A stretch of DNA of 64,000 nt from an uncultured Gammaproteobacteria bacterium (GCA_964402425.1 CAYOCD010000002.1:27612-91611); one strand, 5' to 3'; shown: positions 38,847 through 49,457, counted from the first letter of the stretch. Notes: generated by a model not told the origin, from the letters alone. A program made the numbers and translations.

Positions 38847-38893
38847 TAAGATTCCCAAATTTCATCGACCAACATCGATGAAATTTATCGATT

Positions 38894-39007
38894 ATGAAAG
38901 TTCGAGCATCCGCAAAAAAAATTTGTAAAGATTGCAGTGTGACACGCCGAAAAGGTCGTGTGGTTGTCATCTGTAAAAATCCTAAACATAAACAACGTCA
39001 AGGATAA
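38894..39007 (+). CDS. rpmJ: 50S ribosomal protein L36 (Zn-binding form)
   Basis: Below the ORF-track cutoff; hand-translated [37 protein letters not shown]. Confidence 0.97.
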   Translation: MKVRASAKKICKDCSVTRRKGRVVVICKNPKHKQRQG

Positions 39008-39065
39008 TTGTTGATTGGTTTGAAAACCTTTCACTTTTTCTACTTACTACTTTCTACTTTTACTT

Positions 39066-39452
39066 ATGGCACGTATCGCTGGAGTTAACATCCCCCTCAA
39101 TAAACATATCCGTATTTCGCTTACCTATATTTATGGGGTAGGTCCAACAACGGCTGCGAGCATTTTGAAGCAAGCGGACGTAAAAGGGGATATCAAAACA
39201 AAAGATTTGTCGGAAGACCAAGTTAAAACAATTCGTGATCTTGTTGAAAAAGGACGCCGATTGGAAGGGGACTTGCGTCGAGATGTTCTCTCTAGCGTAA
39301 AGCGTTTGAAAGAAATTGGTGCCTACCGAGGTTCACGTCACGCAAAACACTTGCCGGTACGTGGACAAAGAACTAAAACAAATTCACGAACCATTCGAGG
39401 CAATGTGAGAAAGACCACAGGAAGTGGTCGTCGCGCTTTGACCAAGACATAA
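39066..39452 (+). CDS. rpsM: 30S ribosomal protein S13
   Basis: [21 protein letters not shown]. Confidence 0.98.
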   Translation: MARIAGVNIPLNKHIRISLTYIYGVGPTTAASILKQADVKGDIKTKDLSEDQVKTIRDLVEKGRRLEGDLRRDVLSSVKRLKEIGAYRGSRHAKHLPVRGQRTKTNSRTIRGNVRKTTGSGRRALTKT

Positions 39453-39453
39453 T

Positions 39454-39849
39454 ATGGCTGCTGTAATCCAAACCAAATCAAAGAAAAAGAAAGTCGTGAA
39501 ATCTGTTGCACAGGGCAATGCGTATGTTCAGGCTACGTATAACAACACGATTGTTACTCTCACAGATTTAAACGGAAACACATTGGCATGGTCTAGTGCT
39601 GGAAACTGTGGTTTCAAAGGACCTAAAAAAGCAACTCCATATGCTGCAGGAATGATTGTTAAAGCAGCTGCGGATCGTGTGAAAGAAATTGGTCTTAAAG
39701 AAATCAATGTGTTTGTAAGAGGTGTTGGTGCTGGACGCGATTCCGCTGTCCGTGCATTAAACGCAAATGGCTTTCAGGTCCTTTCGATCAAAGATTTAAC
39801 CCCGCTTCCACATAATGGTTGCCGTCCACGTAAACCACGTCGCGTCTAG
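39454..39849 (+). CDS. rpsK: 30S ribosomal protein S11
   Basis: ATYNNTIVT, TPLPHNGCRP. Confidence 0.98.
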   Translation: MAAVIQTKSKKKKVVKSVAQGNAYVQATYNNTIVTLTDLNGNTLAWSSAGNCGFKGPKKATPYAAGMIVKAAADRVKEIGLKEINVFVRGVGAGRDSAVRALNANGFQVLSIKDLTPLPHNGCRPRKPRRV

Positions 39850-39852
39850 TTT

Positions 39853-40464
39853 ATGGCAAAAAATCAAACTCCCATCGTTAAACTTTCTCGTCGCCTCGGG
39901 ATTGTGCTCGGCAAGGAAAAATACGTCCGCCGACGTCAATACCCACCAGGTGTGCATGGTCCAAAACAAGGGAACCATCGCCGCATTTCTGGATACGGAG
40001 AACAATTGCTCGAAAAGCAAAAAGCAAAAGCCGTTTATGGTCTTTTGGAAAAGCAATTCCGCAAGTGTTTTGAGAAGGCTTCTCAACACAAAGGAAACAC
40101 TTCTGAATTCATGATTCAATTGTTGGAACAACGTCTTGATAACGTGATTTATCGTCTCGGGTTTGCAAAAACTCGTAAACAAGCACGTCAGATTGTTGGC
40201 CACGGGTTCGTACTTGTAAACAATCAATTGGTTGACATCCCTTCTTATCAAGTGAGTATTGGGGATGAAATTTCTGTAAAAGAAAACAAAAAAGCAAAAG
40301 GTATCGTCAAAGCCATTGGTGAATTACATAAAGAAAATCAAGTACCAAAATGGTTGAATGCGGACGCGGCAGCATTAAAGGGAAAAGTTACAGGAGAACC
40401 GACAATGGATGATGTAGAAAAACTCTTTGATCCACGGCTGATCGTCGAATTTTACTCTCGATAA
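39853..40464 (+). CDS. rpsD: 30S ribosomal protein S4
   Basis: LLEKQK, LEQRLDNVIYRLG, IVEFYSR. Confidence 0.97.
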   Translation: MAKNQTPIVKLSRRLGIVLGKEKYVRRRQYPPGVHGPKQGNHRRISGYGEQLLEKQKAKAVYGLLEKQFRKCFEKASQHKGNTSEFMIQLLEQRLDNVIYRLGFAKTRKQARQIVGHGFVLVNNQLVDIPSYQVSIGDEISVKENKKAKGIVKAIGELHKENQVPKWLNADAAALKGKVTGEPTMDDVEKLFDPRLIVEFYSR

Positions 40465-40485
40465 ATCACTAAGGAGGTACGTCGT

Positions 40486-41205
40486 ATGGAGAACATTCTT
40501 CTTCCATCAAAAATTTCGTTCGAAAAAGGCGAACGACCAAACGAAGGTGTTTTGGTTGTAGAGCCATGTTTCTACGGATATGGAACAACACTTGGAAACG
40601 CATTGCGTCGCGTGTTGCTTTCATCTTTGCCTGGTGCTGCTGTTACAGCTGTAAAAATAAAGGGTGTTACACACGAATTTCAAGCGATTGAAAACGTGAA
40701 AGAAGATGCTCTTGAGGTTATTTTGAATCTCAAAACGCTTCGTCTAAAAGTTTTTTCAGATGAACCTGTTGTTCTTAAACTTAGCGCAAGCGGTTTGAAA
40801 ACAATTACTGCAGGAGATATCACATCGAATGCAGATGTGGAAATTATGAATCCAGATCTCGTGATTGCGCATCTTACAGATGCAAAAGCAACATTTGAAA
40901 TGGAGCTCACAGTGCGCAAAGGACGTGGATATTCCACAACAGAAGAACGTGCTGGTGAGATTCATGATCTTGGAACGATCGCCATTGATGCACTTTTTTC
41001 TCCGGTCAGAAATGTTGGTTATCATGTTGTGAACACTCGTGTGGGTGATATCACAAACTTTGATAAGCTCATCATGAACATTGAAACAGACGGAACTATT
41101 ACACCGGAAGCTGCTGTCGAGCATTCAGCAAAGACTCTTATCGATTACTTCTCAATTCTTCTCAATACTCCAACGGAAATGGCATCTGAATCAGATGTTT
41201 CCTAA
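40486..41205 (+). CDS. rpoA: RNA polymerase alpha subunit (NTD only, 239 aa)
   Basis: GYGTTLGNALRRVLLSSLPG, IDALFSPV, ETDGTITP; stops before any alphaCTD. Confidence 0.95.
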   Translation: MENILLPSKISFEKGERPNEGVLVVEPCFYGYGTTLGNALRRVLLSSLPGAAVTAVKIKGVTHEFQAIENVKEDALEVILNLKTLRLKVFSDEPVVLKLSASGLKTITAGDITSNADVEIMNPDLVIAHLTDAKATFEMELTVRKGRGYSTTEERAGEIHDLGTIAIDALFSPVRNVGYHVVNTRVGDITNFDKLIMNIETDGTITPEAAVEHSAKTLIDYFSILLNTPTEMASESDVS

Positions 41206-41220
41206 TTCCGGTTCACGCAT

Positions 41221-41571
41221 ATGCGCCATCGTAACGCCGTAAAAACTCTCGGAAGACGAACTTCCACTCGAAACGCCATGCTTACAAGCTTGGCGGCGAG
41301 TATTATTTTGCATGAAAAAGTCAAAACAACCGAGACAAAGGCGAAGGTTGTGCGTTCACTCGTAGAACGATCCATTACAGATGGAAAGATTTCTTCTCTC
41401 GCATCACGTAGAAAATTGCTGAAGCGCTTTTCTTCTGAAAATCCTGTCAATAAAATTTTAGATGTTCTCGCTCCACGATACATGGATCGCAATGGAGGCT
41501 ATACACGTATCATTAAGATGGGAACACGCAAAGGAGATGGAGCTCCTGTCGTTCAAATTGAACTTGTTTAA
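41221..41571 (+). CDS. rplQ: 50S ribosomal protein L17
   Basis: MRHR, TTETKAK, RNGGYTRIIK, RKGDGAP. Confidence 0.97.
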   Translation: MRHRNAVKTLGRRTSTRNAMLTSLAASIILHEKVKTTETKAKVVRSLVERSITDGKISSLASRRKLLKRFSSENPVNKILDVLAPRYMDRNGGYTRIIKMGTRKGDGAPVVQIELV

Positions 41572-41572
41572 T

Positions 41573-41935
41573 ATGAAGAATGAACAGACACGTAAAATTC
41601 ACACCATCGATGCGGATGGAAAAAGCCCAGGACGCCTTGCTACGCAAGTTGTCGGTTTTTTGATGGGAAAAGGAAAAGCAACGTTTGTTCCAAACGTTGA
41701 TGGTGGTGATCATGTACAAGTGATCAATGCTTCCAAAATGAATATCATTGGAAAACGCTTGGAACAAAAGGAATACTATCGTCACACAGCGTACGCAAGC
41801 GGATTGCGCACAACTTCTATGAAGAAAGTGTGGGCGGATAATCCAGGTGATGTCTTGGTGCGTGCGGTTTCTCGCATGCTTCCAAAGAATTCACATCGCA
41901 ATGAGCGTTTGAAGCGTCTCGACGTCAAGAACTAA
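41573..41935 (+). CDS. rplM: 50S ribosomal protein L13 (short)
   Basis: IDADGKSPGRLAT, DGGDHVQVINA, AVSRMLPKN. Confidence 0.95.
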   Translation: MKNEQTRKIHTIDADGKSPGRLATQVVGFLMGKGKATFVPNVDGGDHVQVINASKMNIIGKRLEQKEYYRHTAYASGLRTTSMKKVWADNPGDVLVRAVSRMLPKNSHRNERLKRLDVKN

Positions 41936-41936
41936 T

Positions 41937-42341
41937 ATGACTGAACAAGCAACAAAATTTACGGGAGCTGTAGGACGACGCAAATGCGCCGTTGCACAAG
42001 TTCGTCTTCATCATGGTGGATCTGGAAAGATCATCATCAACGATCGAGAGCTTGAAAAATATCTCCCAACAACCATTCAACACCAAACAGTCAAATCTCC
42101 TCTCGTTCTTACAGGAACAGAAAACATGTTTGATGTGCAAATTGTTGTAAAGGGTGGAGGACAAGCAGGACAAGCGGATAGTATCCGCCTTGGAATTGCT
42201 CGTGCTCTTGTGGATTTCAATCCAGAATACAAAACCGTTTTGAAAAAACAAGGAATGATGACACGTGATGCACGCATCCGTGAACGTAAAAAATTCGGAA
42301 AAAAATCTGCGCGTCGATCACCACAATGGTCAAAGCGTTAG
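41937..42341 (+). CDS. rpsI: 30S ribosomal protein S9
   Basis: GRRK, GGGQAGQA, ERKKFG..ARRSPQWSKR. Confidence 0.97.
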   Translation: MTEQATKFTGAVGRRKCAVAQVRLHHGGSGKIIINDRELEKYLPTTIQHQTVKSPLVLTGTENMFDVQIVVKGGGQAGQADSIRLGIARALVDFNPEYKTVLKKQGMMTRDARIRERKKFGKKSARRSPQWSKR

Positions 42342-42343
42342 AA

Positions 42344-42372
42344 AAAAACACCTGCCTTGTGCAGGTGTTTTT
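42344..42372 (+). terminator. terminator of the ribosomal protein operon
   Basis: AAAAACACCTGC-cttgt-GCAGGTGTTTTT. Confidence 0.85.
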
Positions 42373-42411
42373 GTTTTACATTCAGTCTGATTTTTGCTAC
42401 CATAAGCCCAC

Positions 42412-43860
42412 ATGTCACAACATCTCGCAAAAAATACAGTGTTTATGACAGCGGCTTCCATTGGACAAAAGATTGTTGCTTTTGTCTATTTTTTGTTTCT
42501 TGCACGCGTCATGATGCCAGAAAAAACAGGAACATTTTTTTTGGCTACGTCGATTATCACCATGTTTTCTGTTTTTTCTGATCTTGGTGTGACGTCTGTC
42601 CTTATTCGTGAAATTTCTAAGCGTCCAGAAGCACGAGATCAAATTGTGCGCCAAGCCATCGGTTTAAAGCTTTTCCTTACAATTGCAACTGTTGTCATTA
42701 TTTTTATTGCAACACCTTTTTTTCAGTATGATACTGAAATTACAGGACTGATTTTAATGACGAGTCTTGTCATGATCACAGACGCCCTTGCATTGATTTG
42801 TTATGGTATTTTACGTGCCTCTCAACAGTTACGGCACGAAGCGTTCGGGATGTTTATTGGTCAGTGTGTCACGGTGTGTGTTGGAGGTATTTCACTTGTT
42901 CTTTATCCAGATGTTCGTTTTTTGATACTTGCACTTATTTGTGGAAGTGCTGCAACATTTTTGATTTCGTTTTCCCAAGTTGTTCGTTTGTATGGATTCC
43001 ACTTGTTTATTCCTTCTTGGGATAAGCAAGCTCAATGGAATATGGTAAAAATCATGCTTCCGTTTGCGCTTGCTGGAATTTTTGTAAAAATTTACAGCAC
43101 TCTTGATGTCATTTTGATTTCAAAAATGTTAAGTACAACAGCTGTCGGGATTTACTCGGTCGCGTATAAGTTCACTTATGCATTTCAATTTTTGCCACTT
43201 GCATTTGCCGCAGCGCTTTATCCAAGTTTAAGTTCAACTGTCGATAAAGATGTAAATGTAACAACAAAGACATTTTCACAAGCGATTTGGTACACATTTT
43301 TAATTGCAACACCTATTACCTTTGGCGTTTCTCTACTCGCGCCGGAAATGATTCAACTTATTGGTCGTGAATACGGTGAATCTTCCTTGATTCTACAAAC
43401 TCTCATCTTTGTTTTATTTCCATCTTTTCTTGAGGTTTCGTTTGGTGCTTTGCTTAATGCGTCTGATCGACAATCGACTCGAATGAAAATTATTGGTTTT
43501 GCAATGGTAATAAATGCGGGAATCGATTTTGTTCTTATTCCACGTCTCGGTCTCATGGGGGCAGTTATTGGTTCTCTTATTAGTTATTCGATCATGGTTT
43601 TTATCGAGTTTATTATCGTATCGAAAATTCTTCCACAATTTCTTACGCGTCAATTTTTTCTCCGAACAAGCGGCACGATTTTGAGTGGATTAGTCATGTT
43701 TAGTATTGGTGTTCTGTTGAAGCAATGGATGAGTTGGTTTTTGGTAATTCCTTGTGCGGCGGCCGTCTATTTCGGAATGCTTATCATAACAAAATCTGTT
43801 ACAAAACAAGAGATTCTTCGATTTAAAGCATTATTTCGCAAGACCCCCGTTGTTGTATGA
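42412..43860 (+). CDS. Wzx-type polysaccharide flippase
   Basis: Multi-TM; DLGVTSVLIRE, VGIYSVAYK, LIPRLGLMGA. Confidence 0.88.
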   Translation: MSQHLAKNTVFMTAASIGQKIVAFVYFLFLARVMMPEKTGTFFLATSIITMFSVFSDLGVTSVLIREISKRPEARDQIVRQAIGLKLFLTIATVVIIFIATPFFQYDTEITGLILMTSLVMITDALALICYGILRASQQLRHEAFGMFIGQCVTVCVGGISLVLYPDVRFLILALICGSAATFLISFSQVVRLYGFHLFIPSWDKQAQWNMVKIMLPFALAGIFVKIYSTLDVILISKMLSTTAVGIYSVAYKFTYAFQFLPLAFAAALYPSLSSTVDKDVNVTTKTFSQAIWYTFLIATPITFGVSLLAPEMIQLIGREYGESSLILQTLIFVLFPSFLEVSFGALLNASDRQSTRMKIIGFAMVINAGIDFVLIPRLGLMGAVIGSLISYSIMVFIEFIIVSKILPQFLTRQFFLRTSGTILSGLVMFSIGVLLKQWMSWFLVIPCAAAVYFGMLIITKSVTKQEILRFKALFRKTPVVV

Positions 43861-44945
43861 GCGATCGCGATATTCTTCTTATTACACCAGATTATCTTCC
43901 GAGCCGTGGTGGGGTAGCACGTTATTTAGGGTTGTTTGCGGAATATTTTACAAAGCGGATTCGAGTGATTGCTTCACCAACAAAAAACAAGTCAACAGTT
44001 CTTGCATCATACGTTCTTGAACGTAAACCTTTGCTCTCAAAATACCTTTGGCCACGTTGGCTTACATCCGTTTTTCTTTTGATGAAAGAATCGCGATCGT
44101 ATCGATGTGTTGTGACAAGCCATGTTATTCCATTTGGTACAGCCGCAATGATCGCAAAACGATTCACAAAAAAACCCTATCTTGTGATTACGCACGGAAT
44201 GGATGTGCGTCTCGCGTTGCGATCAAAAAAAACACTCACAGCTCACATACTCTCAAATGCTCATCTTGTGATCGCAAATTCAAATGCCCTCGCACAAGAA
44301 TTGCAGAAAGAATTTGGAATCAAAAACATTCTCACAATGTATCCAGCCATTGATCCATCTTTTTTTGTGAATAAACCAAAAGTTCCCTCAGATATATTTC
44401 GATTACTGAGCGTGAGTCGATTGGTGGATCGTAAAGGGCATGAACGTGTTTTACACGCTCTCGCTCTTTTGAAAGTAAATGGTTCGCTTTCCGCATTTTG
44501 TTATGTGATTGTTGGAGATGGTCCAACGCGCACGTCGCTTGAAATGCTCGTTCATGAACTTAATTTAGACACGCACGTTTTCTTTAAAGGGGATGTTTCT
44601 GATCAAGAGTTGCAATTGTGTTATGTGGATACGGATGTCTTTATTTTGCCTGTAAAAGATGATCCGATCGATAAAGAAGGATTCGGTATGGTATATCTTG
44701 AGGCGGCGGGATATGGTATTCCATCGATTGCGACACGCATGAGTGGGGTAGATGAAGCAGTGCTCGATCAACAAACAGGTCTTCTTGTTTCTGATGGAAA
44801 TATTGAAGAATTAGTACGTGCCATTTTGATTCTTGCAAAGGATTCTGTTTTACGTGATCAGCTTGGGGCACAGGCACAAATGCGTGTGTTAACAGAATTT
44901 ACGCCTGACGCTCAGTTTTCTAAGCTAGAACCGTATCTTGTATGA
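43857..44945 (+). CDS. family 4 glycosyltransferase
   Basis: GGVARY, SRLVDRKG, EGFGMVYLEA. Confidence 0.92.
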   Translation: MSDRDILLITPDYLPSRGGVARYLGLFAEYFTKRIRVIASPTKNKSTVLASYVLERKPLLSKYLWPRWLTSVFLLMKESRSYRCVVTSHVIPFGTAAMIAKRFTKKPYLVITHGMDVRLALRSKKTLTAHILSNAHLVIANSNALAQELQKEFGIKNILTMYPAIDPSFFVNKPKVPSDIFRLLSVSRLVDRKGHERVLHALALLKVNGSLSAFCYVIVGDGPTRTSLEMLVHELNLDTHVFFKGDVSDQELQLCYVDTDVFILPVKDDPIDKEGFGMVYLEAAGYGIPSIATRMSGVDEAVLDQQTGLLVSDGNIEELVRAILILAKDSVLRDQLGAQAQMRVLTEFTPDAQFSKLEPYLV

Positions 44946-45652
44946 CACAGACCATCTCGGTCATTATTCCAACCTATCAACACGCCACCACGCTCGTTCG
45001 GTGTCTTGATTCGATTTTTTCACAATCACGCAAACCGAATGAAATTATCGTTGTAGATGACGGTTCAACGGATGATACACAACGCGTGCTGGAACCCTAT
45101 CTTGAGAGGATTCGGGTTATCGTGCAGCCAAATACAGGGGCCCCCGCTGCGCGTAATAATGGGTCTCAACAATCGAATGGATCATTGGTTCTGTTTTGTG
45201 ATGCAGATGTTGAAATGAGACCAAATATGCTTTATGAGCTTGAACAGGCTTTAGAGGCGCATTCTGAAGCTTCTTATGCGTATTCTGGATTCCAATGGGG
45301 GTGGAAAGTATTCACATCATTTCCGTTTGATGCAGAGAGGTTGAAAAAGATGAATTATATTCACACGTCCGCGCTCATTCGACGCGAAGCCTTTCCATTA
45401 TTTGATCCATCCCTTAAACGATTTCAAGATTGGGATTTGTGGCTTACCATGTTGGAAAGGGGGGCAACAGGAATTTTTGTAAACAAAAATTTATATCTTG
45501 TGATGCAAGAGGATCGTCCGGAGCGCATGTCGAATTGGCTTCCATCACTTTTGATTCGGTTTCCATGGAACATGATTGGATGGATGCCAGAACGTGTCAG
45601 AAAATATCAGGAAGCCAAAAAAATCATCGTCAAAAAGCATCATCTCGTATGA
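44942..45652 (+). CDS. family 2 glycosyltransferase
   Basis: VDDGSTD, ARNNG, FCDAD, QDWDLWL. Confidence 0.92.
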   Translation: MTQTISVIIPTYQHATTLVRCLDSIFSQSRKPNEIIVVDDGSTDDTQRVLEPYLERIRVIVQPNTGAPAARNNGSQQSNGSLVLFCDADVEMRPNMLYELEQALEAHSEASYAYSGFQWGWKVFTSFPFDAERLKKMNYIHTSALIRREAFPLFDPSLKRFQDWDLWLTMLERGATGIFVNKNLYLVMQEDRPERMSNWLPSLLIRFPWNMIGWMPERVRKYQEAKKIIVKKHHLV

Positions 45653-46494
45653 TCAGTACAATCACCGTGAATTATAAAACCGTTGATTATCTTGAAACAC
45701 TTCTCGATTCATTGTTTGCATTTCATTCTGTTCAAAGTATTGAAGTGATTGTTGTTGAAAACGGATCTGGTGATGATGTATCAAAGCTGCAAGCAAAGTT
45801 TCCGTACGTCAAATTTATTTGCAGTGAAAAAAATTTAGGATTTGCGGGTGGATGTAATCTTGGTGCAAAATCAGCAACAGGGGATTTTCTTCTGTTGCTA
45901 AATCCGGATGTGATTTTTGTGGACGATGCCCTTACACAAATTGAAAAAACCATGCAACAAAATCCAGATGTTGGTATTGGTGGCATTTCACTCAAGAACC
46001 TTGATGGGACACAGCAAGCTTGTGTCTGGCGATTTCCAACACCCGTTGATCAACTTTTGCTTCTCGCAAAAGTTCCACATCTTTTTCCGTTGATCGCTCC
46101 TGTTGCAAAATGGCGCATGGCAGATTTTGACTACACAAAGTCACAAGATGTTGATCAGGTTATGGGTGCTTTCTTTTGCATACGTCGTGATGTGTATGAG
46201 AGACTTCATGGTCTTGATGATGGTTTTTTTCTTTGGTATGAGGAAGTAGATTTTGCAAAACGTACAAAAGATGCAGGTTACCGCGTGCGTTATTTTTCAA
46301 ATATTCAAGTAAAACACAAAAAAGGAAGTAGTTTTGAGCGCGTTACAACGTTTCAAAAACAAGAAATGGTTCGTCGAAGCCTTCGACGGTATATGCGAAA
46401 GCATTACGGATATGGAACATGGCTTTTGTTTACGATTCTGAATCCCTTTTTTGTTGTTCTTGGCTACATCGCGTCACTCATCAAACCTTTATGA
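45649..46494 (+). CDS. family 2 glycosyltransferase (WbbL/rhamnosyltransferase-like)
   Basis: NLGFAGGCNLG, LLLNPD, FFLWYEEVD. Confidence 0.9.
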   Translation: MISTITVNYKTVDYLETLLDSLFAFHSVQSIEVIVVENGSGDDVSKLQAKFPYVKFICSEKNLGFAGGCNLGAKSATGDFLLLLNPDVIFVDDALTQIEKTMQQNPDVGIGGISLKNLDGTQQACVWRFPTPVDQLLLLAKVPHLFPLIAPVAKWRMADFDYTKSQDVDQVMGAFFCIRRDVYERLHGLDDGFFLWYEEVDFAKRTKDAGYRVRYFSNIQVKHKKGSSFERVTTFQKQEMVRRSLRRYMRKHYGYGTWLLFTILNPFFVVLGYIASLIKPL

Positions 46495-48029
46495 TTCAAG
46501 AATTCCTCGGCAAACCTTTTCGACTCGCTCTGCTTGGATTTGTAGGGATATTTGCTTTATCGATAATTGGATATTTTTTTCACTTGAGTCTTGCCTTACT
46601 TGGTCTTATTGGACTTGTTACGAGTGTGGCAACTCTTCGGAAACTGGAATATGGACTTGCGATAGCCTTTCTTGAGTTGCTTTCAAATGCACACGGATTC
46701 ATTTTGTATGCATCTATTGGAGATATGCGCGTCTCAGCTCGCATGATCATTTTTCTTGGTGTGTTTCTGGGGTGGGGAATAACGCTTTTAATGCAAAAAC
46801 GTTTTATTCAGTGGCGTGATGGTCGAATCATACCCTTTGTACCACTGTTTATAGCTATTGCCATTGGTGGATTGGTTGGTGTCATGAATCGATCTGCTGC
46901 GGAAGTTTTTCAAGATGGGAATGCTTATCTGTTCTTGCTTTATATTCTCCCAATCTTATCTATATCATGGGACGGATTGAAACAACGTGTTGTTTTACAG
47001 ATGTTTGCGGCAGCTACCGTGTTTACGACAGCCGCTTCTCTTTTTATTCTTTATGCGTTTACACATCTCTCACAATCGTTTTTGCGTATCTTGTATGTGT
47101 ACCTACGAGATATTCGTTTTGCAGAAATGACGCATGTTGGAATGGGGATGTATCGTATTTTTGAGCAAACACAAATATTCGCCATTGTCTTTGGATTGAT
47201 TCTATTGGAACGTAGTTTTCGCAAACAAGAAAGAAATCATCGATGGATGATGATCCTTCTTTTGTCATGCGTGTTTATATTGTTGCTGGTTGGAATGTCA
47301 CGCAGTTTTTTCTTTGGATTGTTTGGGGCATTCCTTGTGTTAATTCCTTGGCTCTTCATTGGACTAAAAATTTCATTGCGAGATGCAATGCTTGGAATTG
47401 GTTCGATTTTAATGGCTGGTTTTATTGCATGCACATTGATTTACTCAACTGTTATCTTTCCGTTTCCTCATACGAGAGCAGCTGGCGAGTATTTATCAGG
47501 GGTTTTTGGTGAGCGCGCAATCGGTTCCGATGTTGCCGTTTCAAGTCGTTGGAACTTGTTAAATCCCATGCTTGATCTTGTGAAAGAAGGTCCTTTGTTC
47601 GGAAACGGATTTGGACAACCTGTTACATTTGTGACAGATGATCCACGTATTCGCGCTATTCATCCGGATGGTGCATGGACAACAACGTCTATGGAGTGGG
47701 GTTGGCTTGAGCTTTGGATTAAAATGGGAATTTTCGGTCCGATCGGTTTTGTGGCATTGTTTGCATATATAACCATTGCATCCACGAGAATGTTCAAAAC
47801 AGAAAAAGCTTGGATTGGTGTTTGGGTTGTTGGATCTTCCATGTTTGTTTATCTCACACACTTTTTTTCACCGTATCTGAATCATCCAATCGGCATCGGA
47901 CTTATTCTTGTATTTTTGATTTTTTTACCAAGTATTTCATGGCCAAGTTTTTTTGTTCAGATACAGGAAAAACAAAAAATACCGAGAGCTAAGCTCACGG
48001 CATCTGTTGTGACTTCTAGTCAGAAATAA
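46491..48029 (+). CDS. O-antigen ligase/polymerase (Wzy_C)-like membrane protein
   Basis: Many TMs; MSRSFF, SRWNL, PLFGNGFG, LELWIKMGIFG. Confidence 0.75.
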   Translation: MIQEFLGKPFRLALLGFVGIFALSIIGYFFHLSLALLGLIGLVTSVATLRKLEYGLAIAFLELLSNAHGFILYASIGDMRVSARMIIFLGVFLGWGITLLMQKRFIQWRDGRIIPFVPLFIAIAIGGLVGVMNRSAAEVFQDGNAYLFLLYILPILSISWDGLKQRVVLQMFAAATVFTTAASLFILYAFTHLSQSFLRILYVYLRDIRFAEMTHVGMGMYRIFEQTQIFAIVFGLILLERSFRKQERNHRWMMILLLSCVFILLLVGMSRSFFFGLFGAFLVLIPWLFIGLKISLRDAMLGIGSILMAGFIACTLIYSTVIFPFPHTRAAGEYLSGVFGERAIGSDVAVSSRWNLLNPMLDLVKEGPLFGNGFGQPVTFVTDDPRIRAIHPDGAWTTTSMEWGWLELWIKMGIFGPIGFVALFAYITIASTRMFKTEKAWIGVWVVGSSMFVYLTHFFSPYLNHPIGIGLILVFLIFLPSISWPSFFVQIQEKQKIPRAKLTASVVTSSQK

Positions 48030-48972
48030 GATTTGTTTCTAAAAATGATTGATGCCCTCGAATATATTCATTTGGGGACATTTTCGTTTTGCCTTCTGGT
48101 TGAATGGAGATAAGTTGAAGTAGAGAGTGATCGCCGCAGACGATCAAAATTTGATCTGCATCTTTTTGGATTGTTCCGGGTGTGAGATTTGAAGTTTTGC
48201 TAAGTACAAGCGTTTCGTGAACAACGATACGAACCTCTTTTTCATCTTCTTTCCAGAGAAAATACGTTCCAGGCCAAGGTTTCATCGCACGTATCTGTTG
48301 GTCAATCTCAAGGGCAGATTTTGACCAATCAATTTTTCCATCTTCTTTGGATAGTATTTTTGAATATGTGGCTAAAGCATTGTCTTGTGGAGTTGCAACA
48401 CGTTCTCCTGTTGTCCATTTTTGCAATGCTTCGAGAAGTAATGGTACGCCAATCGTAATAATTTTTGGTTGAATGGTTTCTCCCGTTTCTCTGTCTTCAA
48501 TGGGAAATTCGTGGACGGCAAGAATTGGCCCCGTATCCATTCCTTCGTCGAGCAACATAATGGATACGCCGGTTTCTTTTTCACCCATGCGAATCGCTTC
48601 TTGAAATGGCGATGGACCACGATATTTTGGTAATAGTGATGGATGAACATTGATACAGCCAAACTTTGGAAGATCTAGGACAGCTTTTGGAATGATTTTG
48701 CCATAAACAACGACCACAAAAACATCTGCGTTTAATTGTGAAAGTTCTTTTACAACCTGTTCAGAACGTAGTGATTTGTAGGTATATACGGGAATATTCT
48801 GCGTGACGGCGAATTCGTGAATAGCAGATTTTGTCAGAATCGCTTTGCGACCTATTGGTTTTTCGGGTTGAGTAACAACAGCCACCACATCAAAATCCGA
48901 ACTTTTTGTGAGTGCGGATAAAAAAGGAACAGAAAGTTCCGGACTTCCAAAATAGACAACGCGTGTCTTCAT
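48016..48972 (-). CDS. fmt: methionyl-tRNA formyltransferase
   Basis: VVTQP, INVHPSLLPKYRGPSP, GMDTGP. Confidence 0.96.
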   Translation of the reverse strand: MKTRVVYFGSPELSVPFLSALTKSSDFDVVAVVTQPEKPIGRKAILTKSAIHEFAVTQNIPVYTYKSLRSEQVVKELSQLNADVFVVVVYGKIIPKAVLDLPKFGCINVHPSLLPKYRGPSPFQEAIRMGEKETGVSIMLLDEGMDTGPILAVHEFPIEDRETGETIQPKIITIGVPLLLEALQKWTTGERVATPQDNALATYSKILSKEDGKIDWSKSALEIDQQIRAMKPWPGTYFLWKEDEKEVRIVVHETLVLSKTSNLTPGTIQKDADQILIVCGDHSLLQLISIQPEGKTKMSPNEYIRGHQSFLETNLISD

Positions 48973-49445
48973 AATTTTGGGTGAGATGTATAGCGAGTAA
49001 CTTTATCAATAAACAAAATGCCATCCAAATGATCTATTTCATGTTGAAAAACAATCGCCATTAATCCTTCTGCGCGAAATGTTTGTGAAACACCATGGAT
49101 GTTTTGTGCGGTTACGGTAACGCCACGATGTCGTTTTACGATGCCAAATACTCCAGGCACAGAAAGACATCCTTCCTCACTCTCAGTTTTTGTAAATGAT
49201 TTTGAAAGAATTTTTGGATTGAAAAAAGCTTGAGGTTGTTTTTCTCCAACATCAACAATAATGACGCGTTTGTGTATTCCAACTTGTGGAGCAGCAATGC
49301 CGATCCCGTTTTCAACACGCATCGTTTCAATCAAATCTCGCACCAATATTTGCGCTTCTTTTGAAGCAATTTCTTCTTTTGGGAATTCTGCTGAAACAAT
49401 GCGTAATTCAGCATTTGGAGATGTGAGGACGGTTCTTGATGTCAT
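48969..49445 (-). CDS. def: peptide deformylase
   Basis: GIGIAAPQ, EGCLS, QHEIDHLDG. Confidence 0.97.
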   Translation of the reverse strand: MTSRTVLTSPNAELRIVSAEFPKEEIASKEAQILVRDLIETMRVENGIGIAAPQVGIHKRVIIVDVGEKQPQAFFNPKILSKSFTKTESEEGCLSVPGVFGIVKRHRGVTVTAQNIHGVSQTFRAEGLMAIVFQHEIDHLDGILFIDKVTRYTSHPKL

Positions 49446-49457
49446 AGGGGGTAGATT

